Shown here: positions 1 through 9,602 of the stretch, piece by piece
How the letters are laid out: every line of letters starts with the position of its first letter
Numbering within the stretch: the stretch's first letter is position 1
Assembly (NCBI GenBank): GCA_965277805.1
Contig: OZ255842.1
Location: 4,128,001-4,192,000 of the forward strand
DNA: 64,000 bases
Direction of reading: 5' to 3'
DNA from: Candidatus Lustribacter sp.
GTDB taxonomy: Bacteria; Vulcanimicrobiota; Vulcanimicrobiia; Vulcanimicrobiales; Vulcanimicrobiaceae
Made by a program: the position numbers and the translations under genes
Notes under the pieces: generated by a model
Database searches by the model: none
Seen by the model: the letters and a program-made list of their open reading frames with translations, nothing else
Told to the model about the DNA's origin: nothing

Positions 1-298
1 CGAGGTCCACAAATTCCACGATCTCGACCGACTGCGTCGCCTCGGGCAGCACGCTTTTGAAATCGGCGTCACTCAACGTGACGTAGTGGCCCTTCTCGTA
101 CTCATAGCCGCGCACGAGATCGGCGTACTCGACCTTCTCGTCGCACACGGTGCAGTGGCGCTCGTTGAAGATTCGCCCGTCGTCTTTCTTGTGCAGAAAG
201 TTGAAGCGCAAGTCGCTGGTGCGCACAGCCGAGAATAGCTTCACCGGGATCGTCACCAGTCCGAAATTAATAGCTCCCGACCAAATCGCGTGTGCCAT
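1..298 (-). CDS. ku: Ku protein (NHEJ DNA end-binding); 5' part only, runs off the window
   Basis: Not in the ORF track. Manual translation from ATG 298 gives MAHAIWSGAINFGLVTIPVKLFSAVRTSDLRFNFLHKKDDGRIFNERHCTVCDEKVEYADLVRGYEYEKGHYV, the typical bacterial Ku N-terminus. GGAG upstream; adjacent to LigD POL. Confidence 0.95.
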   Translation of the reverse strand, partial: MAHAIWSGAINFGLVTIPVKLFSAVRTSDLRFNFLHKKDDGRIFNERHCTVCDEKVEYADLVRGYEYEKGHYVTLSDADFKSVLPEATQSVEIVEFVDL

Positions 299-330
299 GT
301 CTCCATCTTTCCCCCGAAGTGCCGCTCCGT

Positions 331-1281
331 CTAACTCCAGAGCGAGCGGGCGGCGGATATTACCGGTTCGAGGCGATGGGGCTGCCAGGCCTTGCTCCAG
401 AGGTCGCCCTCTTTCGCCAGTAATTTGGGCACATTGGCGATGTTCCAGCGCGTCATTTCCGGGGCCGTCTCCTTGGCCCGCTTGCGGCGCATCGCCTCGA
501 CCTCGGTCCACGGAATCGGCATCGAGACCGGGGCCCCGTCGCGGGGGCGAACGCTGAACGGCGCCACGTAGGTCTTGCCCTTGCCCACCTGGACGTAGTC
601 GAGGTAGACCGTCCCCGCCGGACGCCGCGCAATCGTGCGGTCGAGGGTCGTAAAGTCGGCGGCCACCGTGTGGATGCGGCGCGCGACCAGCTCGGCAAAG
701 CCCTTGGCCTGCTCCCAGTCGTAGTGCGGCTCGAGCGGCACGACCACGTGCAGGCCCGAGCCGCCGGTGGTCTTCACCAGCGCGGTGATGCCGATGGCGG
801 CGAGTTCGTCCCGCGCCGCGAGCGCGACGCGCGCCAACGTTGCAAGCGTGCAGCCCTTGCCCGGATCGAGGTCGATCAGGATGAAGTCGGGCACGTCGAG
901 TGTCGGTTCGCGCGAGTACCAGACGTGCAGCACCACCGCCGCGAGGTTGGCCACGTACGCGAGCGTCGCTTCGTCGTTGCACACGATGAACTCGATCAGA
1001 TCGTGACGCGTGCTCGCGTCCGTCTTCACCGTCGGCACCCAGTCGGGCAAACCGCGCGGGATGTGTTTCTCCCACCAGCCCTCTTCGTCGATGCCGTTGG
1101 GGTAACGCTCGAGCGTGAGCGGCCGGCCTTGCACGTGCGGCAAGATCCATTTCGCGACCGCGCGATAGTATGCGATCAGATCGCCCTTGGTGTAGCCGTC
1201 GCGCGGCCAGAGCACTTTATCGAGGTTCGTCACTTGCAGCGCACGGTTGCCGACCGTCAGCGCCGTCTTGGTGGAAGCCAT
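331..1281 (-). CDS. Stand-alone LigD polymerase/primase domain (PolDom, AEP family)
   Basis: TNLDKVLWP, YTKGDLIAYY, RPLTLERYPNGI, DLDPG and KTTGGSGLHV motifs; AAGGAG SD. Confidence 0.93.
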   Translation of the reverse strand: MASTKTALTVGNRALQVTNLDKVLWPRDGYTKGDLIAYYRAVAKWILPHVQGRPLTLERYPNGIDEEGWWEKHIPRGLPDWVPTVKTDASTRHDLIEFIVCNDEATLAYVANLAAVVLHVWYSREPTLDVPDFILIDLDPGKGCTLATLARVALAARDELAAIGITALVKTTGGSGLHVVVPLEPHYDWEQAKGFAELVARRIHTVAADFTTLDRTIARRPAGTVYLDYVQVGKGKTYVAPFSVRPRDGAPVSMPIPWTEVEAMRRKRAKETAPEMTRWNIANVPKLLAKEGDLWSKAWQPHRLEPVISAARSLWS

Positions 1282-1389
1282 CAGCGGGCCAGCTCCTTTG
1301 ATCCGGTTCGCATTCTGTACCCAATCGCAGGCCAGGTATCGGTTTTAGACCCAGGGAAATCGTTCTTCTCTTGTTAGGAGAGCATTACG

Positions 1390-2358
1390 ATGAACGTTGG
1401 CCGCGTTGTCTTTTCCGTACTTGCGCTCACGCTCTTTGCCAACGCTCCGTCTTACGCTCAAAGCTCTCCCCAAGCACCGATTCGCGTTGCCGCTTCGATT
1501 ACGGGCGCCGACACCGGTCCCGTCCTCTACGCGGTGAAACAAGGGTTATTCAAGAAAGCGGGCCTCGAGGTCGAATTCAGCTCGATGACGTCGGGCGGGG
1601 CTATCGCGCAGGCCGTCGCCGGCGGCTCGATTGACATCGGCTATGCGAACACGCCGGCGATGATTACCGGGCACGCTCGCGGCATACCGTTTGTGCTGAT
1701 CGCGCCCGAAGGGCAATACGATACGGATTTCCCTGAGTCGCTCATGTTCGTCCGCAAAGACTCGAAACTCGCAAGCGGCAAAGACTTCGCCGGCAAAACG
1801 ATCGGTGTTCCGACGCTCTTGGACATGCAGCACATATCGATGATCAGCTGGATCGACGCGACCGGCGGCGATTCGACGGCGGTGAAGTTTATCGAATTGC
1901 CGCCTTCCGCTTTGCTGCCGGCGCTCCTCGACGGCCGCATCGACGCCTGTTCGTTCGCCGAACCGTGGAAGTCGCAGGCGATTGCCAGCGGCAACGCGCG
2001 AGTATTTGCGAAAGCGATGGATGCGATTGCGCCGCACATCCTCGTCACGGGCTGGTTCACAACCCGGTCGTATCTCGACGCGCACCGCGACGCCGTCATC
2101 CGGTTCGAGCACGTCATGCAAGATGCCGCGAAATATGCCAACGCGCATCGGCTCGAGATGGTCTCGTACATTGCAGACTTTACGAAAATCGACGCCGGCG
2201 CACTCGCGGAAGCAGAGGGCCACGTGAGATACCCGACCGCGCTCGACCCCGCGCTGCTGCAACCTCTGATCAACGTAAGCGCCAAGTACAAAGTCATTCC
2301 GAAGTCGTTTGATGCAAGCGAACTCATCAGCCCGACTGCCTTGAAAGCCGACCGCTAG
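1390..2358 (+). CDS. ABC transporter substrate-binding protein, NitT/TauT (SsuA-like) family
   Basis: Signal peptide; YAVKQGLFKKAGLEVE; GKTIGV; AGGAG SD. Confidence 0.85.
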   Translation: MNVGRVVFSVLALTLFANAPSYAQSSPQAPIRVAASITGADTGPVLYAVKQGLFKKAGLEVEFSSMTSGGAIAQAVAGGSIDIGYANTPAMITGHARGIPFVLIAPEGQYDTDFPESLMFVRKDSKLASGKDFAGKTIGVPTLLDMQHISMISWIDATGGDSTAVKFIELPPSALLPALLDGRIDACSFAEPWKSQAIASGNARVFAKAMDAIAPHILVTGWFTTRSYLDAHRDAVIRFEHVMQDAAKYANAHRLEMVSYIADFTKIDAGALAEAEGHVRYPTALDPALLQPLINVSAKYKVIPKSFDASELISPTALKADR

Positions 2359-2361
2359 CCG

Positions 2362-3270
2362 ATGACCACGCAGTACACGACACCCGCCGACATTCCGTTT
2401 CCCCCCAATCCCAATCCCAAGAAGCCACGGCTGATCGCTCCGCCGGGCAGTTGGGATACGCACTTCCATCTCTTTGGACCGCCGCATCGTTTCCCGTACG
2501 ACGAAGGCCGGCGCTATAGTCCGCCGGCCGCGCCGCTCGAACATTGGTTGAGCGTTTTCTCTGCCATCGGTATCGAGCGCGGCCTCATCGTTACGCCGAG
2601 CGTTCACGACCGCGATCCGGCCGTAACCCTCGATGCAATTCAGCGTGCCGACGGGCGCCTCCGCGGGATGGTTCGGGCGAATTCACGCATGACGAAGGAC
2701 GAGGCGCGGCGTCTCCATGCCGGTGGTATTCGGGGAATCCGATTTCCGTTTTCCAAGGTCACGCGTCGAAAGTTCGACGAGGCTGAACTCCACGCGAACC
2801 TTGCCATCATCGATTCTTTGCCGTGGGTCACCGAATTTCAGATCGACAGCCAGGGCCTGCTGGAACACGCCGATCTCATCGGATCGATTCAGCGTCCCAC
2901 GATCATCGACCATGGCGCCATCGCCGACATCGATCTCGAAGCCGGGCTCGACCAGCCCCTGCTCCAAACGTTCCTGGATTTACTTGCGGGCCCGAACATC
3001 TATCTAAAACTGTCCGGCCACGAACGGCGCGTCGCAGAAGGCCGCAGCTATGAATCGATCGTCGCGTTGACGCGATTCTTTATTGAAAAAGCGCCGGACC
3101 GTATGCTGTGGGGATCCGACTGGCCCCACGCCTATGTCTTCAAAGCAAACGAGATGCCCGACGACGGTGAGCTGCTCGATCACCTCTTGGACTTCGCGCC
3201 GGATGAGGCCGTCCGGAAGAAGATCCTCGTCGACAACCCGGAGCGTTTGTTCGGCGGTCCGCTCGGGTAG
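2362..3270 (+). CDS. Amidohydrolase_2 family, 2-pyrone-4,6-dicarboxylate lactonase (LigI)-like
   Basis: DTHFH, GIRGIRF, IDH, YLKLSG, WGSDWPH and ILVDNPERLF motifs. Confidence 0.8.
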   Translation: MTTQYTTPADIPFPPNPNPKKPRLIAPPGSWDTHFHLFGPPHRFPYDEGRRYSPPAAPLEHWLSVFSAIGIERGLIVTPSVHDRDPAVTLDAIQRADGRLRGMVRANSRMTKDEARRLHAGGIRGIRFPFSKVTRRKFDEAELHANLAIIDSLPWVTEFQIDSQGLLEHADLIGSIQRPTIIDHGAIADIDLEAGLDQPLLQTFLDLLAGPNIYLKLSGHERRVAEGRSYESIVALTRFFIEKAPDRMLWGSDWPHAYVFKANEMPDDGELLDHLLDFAPDEAVRKKILVDNPERLFGGPLG

Positions 3271-3273
3271 CCA

Positions 3274-4533
3274 TCACTCGGGAACCCGAATCACGACGAC
3301 CGCGATATCGTCGGTCGCGACGCCGTTGCTAAAGCGCAGCGCAGCGGCCTCCACCCGATGCGCGATCGCGTTCGCGCCGGCTGAGACGTCGGCCGAAGCG
3401 ATCGACGCGAGCAAGGCATCTTCACCGTAGATCGCCTGGCCGGCGCGCGCTTCGGTGATGCCGTCGGTGCAGACAGTCAGCACGTCGCCCGGTTCGAGCC
3501 GCAGCATCACCTCGTCGATCGCGAAGTCGGCAAAGACTCCGATGAGCGGTCCGCCGGCGTCGACCAGCACCGTTTCGCCGTTGGCGCGGCGGAGAATCGG
3601 CGGTGGATGCCCGGCGCAGCACATCCGCACGATCCAAGCATCTCCGTCACGCATCAGCGTGCCGTAGACGGCGGTTAGAAATTCATGCGGCGCCTGACCG
3701 CGCGCCCGCAGCGTCTCATTGAGCCAACGCAGCACTTCCGGTGTTTCGAGATCGCGCATCGACGACGAGCCGACCGTATGCCGTGCGAGCGCCGCCACCT
3801 TTGCCGCTTCGACCCCTTTGCCGCAGACGTCGCCGACGAGGAAGTTCCAGCGGTCCGTGCGCGATGCAAACAGATCGTAGAAGTCGCCGACCAGCTCAAG
3901 ACCATCGCCGGCCGGGTGAAAACGGCCGGCGATGTCGAGACCGGGCACCTGCGGTAGCGCCGGCGGAAGCAAGCTCTGCTGCAGGGTATGCACGAGCGCT
4001 TCGGCGCTTTGCCGCGCGCGACGTTCGCTTGCAACCGCCGCGCGCAACGCCACCTCACGCGACGCGGCCGCGGCCAGCGTCCGGATGACCTCGAGGTCGC
4101 GCGGCGTCCACTCGCGCGGAACGGTATCGACGATGCAGAACGAGCCGAGCACTTCGCCGCCGGGTGCGAGCAAGGGAAAACCGGCCCACGCCCGCACGCC
4201 CATTGCGGCCACGGATGGGTTGTCGCGCGTGCGCTCGTCGATGCTCGCATCCGTTACGATAAGCTCGCGCTGCGTGCGCACCACGTACTTGCAGAACGAT
4301 TCCTCGACCTGATTCTGATTCGGACCGCCGGCAGGAATGCCGTACCGGCTCTTCCAGAACGACCGCGCATCGTCGACGACCGTCGCAAACGCGAAGGGCG
4401 CGCCGACGACCAGTGCCGCCATGCGCGTGAGATCGTCGAAGTCGTCTTCCGGCACCGTGTCGAGCAGCTCCGAAGCGAAAACGGCCGCGAGCCGTTTCGG
4501 ATCGGCAACCGGGTCGGCAGCGGCGGCGGTCAT
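3274..4533 (-). CDS. GAF domain + SpoIIE/PP2C Ser phosphatase (RsbU/RsbP-like)
   Basis: Real start MTAAAADPVAD at 4533 (ATGA overlap with the ligD stop). GAF (FCKYVV...AGFPL...GSFCIVD), then VGDFYD, GDVCGKG, AGHPPP, TDGITE, DDIAV. Confidence 0.9.
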   Translation of the reverse strand: MTAAAADPVADPKRLAAVFASELLDTVPEDDFDDLTRMAALVVGAPFAFATVVDDARSFWKSRYGIPAGGPNQNQVEESFCKYVVRTQRELIVTDASIDERTRDNPSVAAMGVRAWAGFPLLAPGGEVLGSFCIVDTVPREWTPRDLEVIRTLAAAASREVALRAAVASERRARQSAEALVHTLQQSLLPPALPQVPGLDIAGRFHPAGDGLELVGDFYDLFASRTDRWNFLVGDVCGKGVEAAKVAALARHTVGSSSMRDLETPEVLRWLNETLRARGQAPHEFLTAVYGTLMRDGDAWIVRMCCAGHPPPILRRANGETVLVDAGGPLIGVFADFAIDEVMLRLEPGDVLTVCTDGITEARAGQAIYGEDALLASIASADVSAGANAIAHRVEAAALRFSNGVATDDIAVVVIRVPE

Positions 4534-6167
4534 GCGCGCCGCAGACTGGGCTGTGCGCGCTCGCGCGTGACGTCGGCGGCGGATTTGTCCACGCGCAGAC
4601 CAAGAAAGACCGGCTGACGCAGCAGACCGTCGTGCGTCCACTCGGCAAACGCAATCTGCGCTACGAGTTCCGGCTTGACGAAGTGCGGTTCGGGTCGCAT
4701 GCGCGGCACCGCGGCGAACGGTGACGTCTTGCGCTCGCGTTTGCGCAGCTCGGCGCCGATCTCTTTGAGCGTCTTCTGCGTGAAACCAGTGCCGGCTTGA
4801 CCGGCAAACACAAGTTTGTCGCCCTCGTAATAACCGAGCAGAATCGCACCAAAATCCTTGCGGCTGCCCTTCGGTTCCGTCCAGCCGCCGATCACGAACT
4901 CTTCTTCGTGTTTGGCCTTCATCTTCAACCAGTCGCGCGAACGCGACATGCGATAGGGCGAGTCGCGGCGCTTGCCGATGATGCCCTCGAGCCCTTCGCG
5001 CTGCGCGAGCGCGAAGAATGCCTTGCCTTCGCCGGCGATGTGTTTGGAATACATCACCGCATGGCCGGGAACGATCAGCTTTTCGAGCTTGGCTTTGCGC
5101 TCTTCGAGCGGCACGTCGCGCAGATCGCGTCCGTCGGCGTAGAGCAGATCGAACGCCACATACGTTAGCGGCGTGCGGCTGCCGTTTTTCGCTACCCGTG
5201 CGGAAACGTCGACTTGCTGCAACGCCTGAAACGAAGAACGCCCGGCGTCGTCGAGCGCGCAGACCTCGCCGTCGACGATCACGGGGAGCGAACGAAATGC
5301 CGTACCCATCGACGCGAGCTCGTGGAAACGCTTGAGCAAGTCGAGCCCGTTGCGCGAGGTGAGCGTTACCGTTCCTTCGGCGTCGATCGAGGCGATCGCG
5401 CGATAACCGTCCCACTTCACCTCGAAGAGCCAGTCCGGGTCGTCGAAGGGCTCATCGACCAGCGTCGCGAGCATCGGCTTGGGATCGCGCGGCAGCGGAT
5501 CGGCTTTGGCGCGCTTGACCGGCGCGCGCTTTTTCGCCGGCGCTGCGGCGCGATTGCTCTTCCACTGCTTCGCGGTTTTGCTGCCCGCGATGTCATCGAG
5601 CGTCTTGCCGGTCTTTGCGCTTTCGGGATGCGCGTTCACGTCGTAATCCGGATCTACGTATTCGTCTTTATCCTTGATCAAGAGCCACGGATCGCCGCTC
5701 TCGCCGCCTTTGCTCTTGATCTTCACCAGCGTGAACATGCCGTGCAGCTTCTTGCCGCTCAGGATGAACTTGATTTTGCCCTTGGCGATCTCGGCGGCGG
5801 GATCGGTGCCTTCGGCCAGCGTGTAGGTGCCCTCGTCCCACACGATCACCTCGCCCGCGCCGTAATTGCCGGCCGGGATGATGCCTTCGAAGGTGCGGTA
5901 GTCGTAGGGATGGTCCTCGACGTGCATCGCGAGGCGCCGCTCGCGCGTATCGAGCGTCGGACCCTTGGGGATCGCCCACGACGCCAGCACGCCGCCGGCT
6001 TCCAGCCGGAAATCGTAGTGCAGCCGCGATGCGTGATGCTTCTGCACGACAAAGCGCAACGCCGTGGAGGCGCTGCGCTTCGATCCCTTGGGTTCCGGCG
6101 TCGCCGCGAAATCGCGCTTGCGCACGTATTCCGCCAGCGGCTCCGCCGCTTTCGCCTTGCGCGCCAT
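4530..6167 (-). CDS. ligD: LigD 3'-phosphoesterase + ATP-dependent ligase (PE-LIG, no POL domain)
   Basis: PE motifs FVVQKHHASRLHYDFRLE, SWAIPKGP, VEDHP; ligase motifs EVKWDGYR, DGEV, FDLL, EGIIGKR, WLKMK; OB-fold C-terminus. Confidence 0.95.
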   Translation of the reverse strand: MARKAKAAEPLAEYVRKRDFAATPEPKGSKRSASTALRFVVQKHHASRLHYDFRLEAGGVLASWAIPKGPTLDTRERRLAMHVEDHPYDYRTFEGIIPAGNYGAGEVIVWDEGTYTLAEGTDPAAEIAKGKIKFILSGKKLHGMFTLVKIKSKGGESGDPWLLIKDKDEYVDPDYDVNAHPESAKTGKTLDDIAGSKTAKQWKSNRAAAPAKKRAPVKRAKADPLPRDPKPMLATLVDEPFDDPDWLFEVKWDGYRAIASIDAEGTVTLTSRNGLDLLKRFHELASMGTAFRSLPVIVDGEVCALDDAGRSSFQALQQVDVSARVAKNGSRTPLTYVAFDLLYADGRDLRDVPLEERKAKLEKLIVPGHAVMYSKHIAGEGKAFFALAQREGLEGIIGKRRDSPYRMSRSRDWLKMKAKHEEEFVIGGWTEPKGSRKDFGAILLGYYEGDKLVFAGQAGTGFTQKTLKEIGAELRKRERKTSPFAAVPRMRPEPHFVKPELVAQIAFAEWTHDGLLRQPVFLGLRVDKSAADVTRERAQPSLRRA

Positions 6168-6197
6168 TATGCGCTCGGCGTACCGCGAAGCGGCCGG

Positions 6198-6446
6198 TTA
6201 AACCTTGTCGTCCGCGTCGGCCGCTCCGTGGCGGACGTCGCGCTTGGCGGCGTCGACTTCCGCGGCGGTCTTGTGGCCGACTTCTTTCACGTTCGAGACG
6301 ATCCGTTCGCCCAACGGCATGCTATCGCCGGACAGGTCGCGTTTGAGGTGTTCGCCCGCCGCTTGCGCGCGGTGCTTGATCTCATCGACGGTGTCCTTGG
6401 TATCGTGTTTGACGGTATTGAGTTTATCTTCGCTATCGTTGGCCAT
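6198..6446 (-). CDS. Small hydrophilic helical protein (CsbD/LEA-like stress protein candidate)
   Basis: 82 aa, charged and Ala-rich; GGGAG SD; co-oriented with ligD. Confidence 0.6.
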   Translation of the reverse strand: MANDSEDKLNTVKHDTKDTVDEIKHRAQAAGEHLKRDLSGDSMPLGERIVSNVKEVGHKTAAEVDAAKRDVRHGAADADDKV

Positions 6447-6467
6447 GATGGTCTCCCGGCGCTAGAG

Positions 6468-6656
6468 CTAGTGGAGGTCGCTGCGGTCTTGTTGCGTCGT
6501 GATCGTCATGAAGCGTTGCGTGCTGATGTGTTCCCACGGCTGCAAGATGAAGAGCGCGATGATCGCTGCGATGACGAGCAGGGCGACAAAGCTGGCCGTC
6601 CCGACGGGCCCGTCTCCGCCGCGGATGATGGCGTTACGATCTTCCACGAGTTGCAT
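6468..6656 (-). CDS. Small single-TM membrane protein (start ATG 6656 or GTG 6647)
   Basis: GTASFVALLVIAAIIALFILQPW hydrophobic helix; the longer track start (6785) overlaps the opposite-strand hydrolase. Confidence 0.6.
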   Translation of the reverse strand: MQLVEDRNAIIRGGDGPVGTASFVALLVIAAIIALFILQPWEHISTQRFMTITTQQDRSDLH

Positions 6657-6658
6657 AC

Positions 6659-6683
6659 TACCCGTCCAAGGCAGGACTAACAC
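6659..6683 (-). promoter_or_regulatory. SigB/SigF-type promoter candidate GTGTT-N15-GGGTA
   Basis: Read directly on the minus strand upstream of the small-protein/ligD run. Confidence 0.55.
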
Positions 6684-6686
6684 GCG

Positions 6687-7517
6687 GTGCGCATTACAAA
6701 AGCAAGCGTGCTCAGGACGACGATAACTGCTGCGCCGGGCGTACGGTCGAAGACATCGCTGGTGTTCGTGCACGGTGGTTCGCATACGGGCGCCTGCTAT
6801 GTTGAAACGCCCGACGGGCGCGCGGGCTGGGCGCCCTACGCCGCCGCGCGCGGCCGCACGTCATATGTGTTCGATTGGCCGGGCCACGGCGTGAACCCGG
6901 CGCCGCCGGATTTCGCAACGATGTCGATGGAAGCCGCCGCCGGCGCGCTCGTCGCCGATCTTGCGCAGATCGGACCTGCGGTTCTCGTTACCCACAGTAT
7001 GGGCGGCGTGGTGGGTTGGCGTGCGGCCGACATGGATCGGCAAAATATCGCTGCGATCGTCGCAATCGCACCGGGGCCACCGGCGAATCTGCAACCGCTC
7101 GGAGACGCGACGCTCGCACTCGCAGAAGATGCGCCGGTGCAGCCGGACCGCGCGATCGCACTCAAGATGTGGGCCAATAGCGAACGCTTTCCGCATCCCG
7201 CGTTCGAAACGTATCTGGCGGGACTCGTTCCCGAAAGCCCGCGTGCGATGAACGAGCGTAACAACCTCCACGGCAACGGCGTGCGCGTCACGGGACCCGC
7301 GGCCTTGGCCGGCATTCCGATCGTCGTGATTACCGGCGATTCGGATCCCCGTCATCCGCGCGATGTCGATGCAGAAGTCGCGGCGTACTTCGGGGCCGAC
7401 TTTATCTGGCTCGCCGATCGCGGCCTCACCGGACACGGTCACATGATGATGATCGAACGCGGCCACGACGTGGTGGCCGATATCTTCTTAGACTGGCTCG
7501 ACGCGCACGGACTTTAG
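6687..7517 (+). CDS. Alpha/beta hydrolase (start uncertain)
   Basis: VFVHGG, DWPGHG, THSMGG nucleophile elbow, GHGHMMM His. Confidence 0.85.
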   Translation: MRITKASVLRTTITAAPGVRSKTSLVFVHGGSHTGACYVETPDGRAGWAPYAAARGRTSYVFDWPGHGVNPAPPDFATMSMEAAAGALVADLAQIGPAVLVTHSMGGVVGWRAADMDRQNIAAIVAIAPGPPANLQPLGDATLALAEDAPVQPDRAIALKMWANSERFPHPAFETYLAGLVPESPRAMNERNNLHGNGVRVTGPAALAGIPIVVITGDSDPRHPRDVDAEVAAYFGADFIWLADRGLTGHGHMMMIERGHDVVADIFLDWLDAHGL

Positions 7518-9602
7518 GATCGCGGCGACTTTCTCGACGCCGCTGACGATGAGGTCGGTCTCGGCGACGATCACCTCGACGGCCGGGTCGCCGCGTTCGT
7601 CGAGCGCGCGCCGCAGCGCGATCTGATCGGCGCGTAACGGCGGCAAGTCGGCCGGCGGTTCGCCGCTGCGCAACGCGTGGACGAGCGCGTGCATCGCGAT
7701 GTCGAGGTCGCCCGCAAACTGATCGATCAGCGCGTGCGGCGCGCCGGTAATGCGCACCACGCGGGCGTGCAGCGTCAGCGCGGCGATGCCGAGCCGCCGC
7801 GTCGCCGATAGGATGTTGCGCGCCTTGCCGAGCGTGATACCGCGCGGGCGCACCGGCTCGCCGGCCATCGATTCGACCGACGCTTGCGCGTTGGAACGCG
7901 CGCGCCAGACCGCGACTTGGGCAGCACGGATTTTGCTTTCATCCGGCTCCGCTTCGGCATAACCGAGCAGTACGAGGCCGATATAGCGGCGTTGCGCATC
8001 GATGAGGTCGGCGAGGTCGTCGGCAACGCGCGAGTGCGTCCACGCCGGCCACGCGCCGTACGCAACGAGCGCCAACAGGCCGCCGATGATGGTCGCAACG
8101 ACGCGGTCGATCGCCGAGTCGTGTTCGGGCGCGCCGCCGAACGCCAGCAGGTAGACGATATAGCCCGTGATGGCCGCGCTGAAGATCGCGTAGCTCACGT
8201 TGAAGAGTGCGAAGGCTAGGCCCGCAAACACGATCGCAAGCGCGATGTAGGCATCCGCGTTCGGATGAAACGCTGCCACGATTGAGGCGACGATCGCGCC
8301 GCCGACCGTCCCCGCAACGCGCGCGACGCCGCGCGTGAACGTCGAGGCGAAATCGGGGCGCAGCACGAGGATGACGGTCAACCCGATCCACTGCCCGTGC
8401 GCGAGCGGCAGCAGATGCTGCGCGATCACGGCGATCGTCAACGTGACGGTGAGCCGGATCGCATGCCGCGCGTAGCTCGAATCCCACGAGCAGTTGGCGA
8501 GCAGGCGGCTCGCCATCTCGCGCAGCTTCGCTGCATTCGGCCAGGCGACGTGCAGCGCCGCATCGCCGATCACGAGCCCGCCGTTGGCGGCAGCCGTCGC
8601 GGAGCGCATTGCGGCGCGCAGCTGGCTCACCAGCGCGCGGCCGTCGTGAACGTAGGGTGCGGTGTCGGACGGCGCGCGTTCCAACTCGCGCACGGCGCCC
8701 GCCAGCGCGCGGCGTTCTGCCTCGGCGGCAGCCGGCGAGCGGCCCTGGGCGAGCGCCGCCGCGAGTTCATCCAGTAACGGTCCGGCCGCAATCAAGACGT
8801 TCCGCACGAGTCCCGCGACGTCGCGCATCCCGGTGTCCGCCAGCAGTTGCTGTTCGGTTGCAAGCGCGGCCAACGTGGCGCGCAAACGTTCGGCCTCGTC
8901 GGCCAAGGCTTGATAGGCCGCGATCTCGGCACGGCTGCCGAACGGCTGCGGATCGGCCAACGCCGCGGTGACGGCCGACACCGATTGCGTGTCAGGCAAG
9001 CCGAAATCGTCGGCGTGCTCGCCGGTCGCGTACTTCGAGAGCGTGCTGAACGCGGCCGCAAGCGCCGAGCGTTCGGCCCGGAAATGCCCGAGCGGCCAAA
9101 CGAGCACCAGCAGCAGCATCTGCAGCACGCCGCCCGCAAATACTGCCAGCGCGTGCAAGGCCGGTATCCCGGTGTCGTACGGTGCGTTGGAAAAGACGAC
9201 GAAGGCGACGCACGCGTTGACCGATACGACGATCGCGGAACGGCCGAGCACGCCGATGAGGCCGAACCCGAGGGTCCACACCGCGAGCAGCGCGATGTTG
9301 AGGGCCGGAATCGTTCCGGTCGACGCCCCCGCGAACGCCGAGAGCGCCAGCGCCGCGCTGGCCGCGAGCATCGCGCCGACGCGCGTGCGGTAGACGCCCT
9401 GGCGCGACGCGAGCCCGGTGACGAGCGCGCCGTACGCTGCCGCCGCACCGTCCAACGGCTGACCGGCGAGCGCCGAAACGATCAGCGGAATCGCCACGCC
9501 GGCGGTGCAGCGCACCGCGAACCGTCCTTCGAGGCCGGCCCAGTTTAGACGCAGCGCGTCGGCGAAGATCCGCCGCGCGACCCTAGTGCCGGTAGAAGAC
9601 AT
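7488..9602 (-). CDS. FUSC/YccS-family membrane protein
   Basis: Two hydrophobic blocks; RHAIRL...HGQWIGLTVILVLRPDF...RVAGTVGG; DRVVATIIG. Start taken at ATG 9602. Confidence 0.85.
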   Translation of the reverse strand: MSSTGTRVARRIFADALRLNWAGLEGRFAVRCTAGVAIPLIVSALAGQPLDGAAAAYGALVTGLASRQGVYRTRVGAMLAASAALALSAFAGASTGTIPALNIALLAVWTLGFGLIGVLGRSAIVVSVNACVAFVVFSNAPYDTGIPALHALAVFAGGVLQMLLLVLVWPLGHFRAERSALAAAFSTLSKYATGEHADDFGLPDTQSVSAVTAALADPQPFGSRAEIAAYQALADEAERLRATLAALATEQQLLADTGMRDVAGLVRNVLIAAGPLLDELAAALAQGRSPAAAEAERRALAGAVRELERAPSDTAPYVHDGRALVSQLRAAMRSATAAANGGLVIGDAALHVAWPNAAKLREMASRLLANCSWDSSYARHAIRLTVTLTIAVIAQHLLPLAHGQWIGLTVILVLRPDFASTFTRGVARVAGTVGGAIVASIVAAFHPNADAYIALAIVFAGLAFALFNVSYAIFSAAITGYIVYLLAFGGAPEHDSAIDRVVATIIGGLLALVAYGAWPAWTHSRVADDLADLIDAQRRYIGLVLLGYAEAEPDESKIRAAQVAVWRARSNAQASVESMAGEPVRPRGITLGKARNILSATRRLGIAALTLHARVVRITGAPHALIDQFAGDLDIAMHALVHALRSGEPPADLPPLRADQIALRRALDERGDPAVEVIVAETDLIVSGVEKVAAILKSVRVEPV

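Noticed and set aside
1281-1313. 10-codon upstream ORF (MRTGSKELAR) overlapping the PolDom start by TGATG
   Set aside because: Its ATG is only 4 nt from the GGGTA box and PolDom has its own AAGGAG; probably chance.
4534-5415. N-terminal extension making the GAF-PP2C ORF 713 aa
   Set aside because: Arg-rich alternative-frame read of ligD; the real start is 4533.
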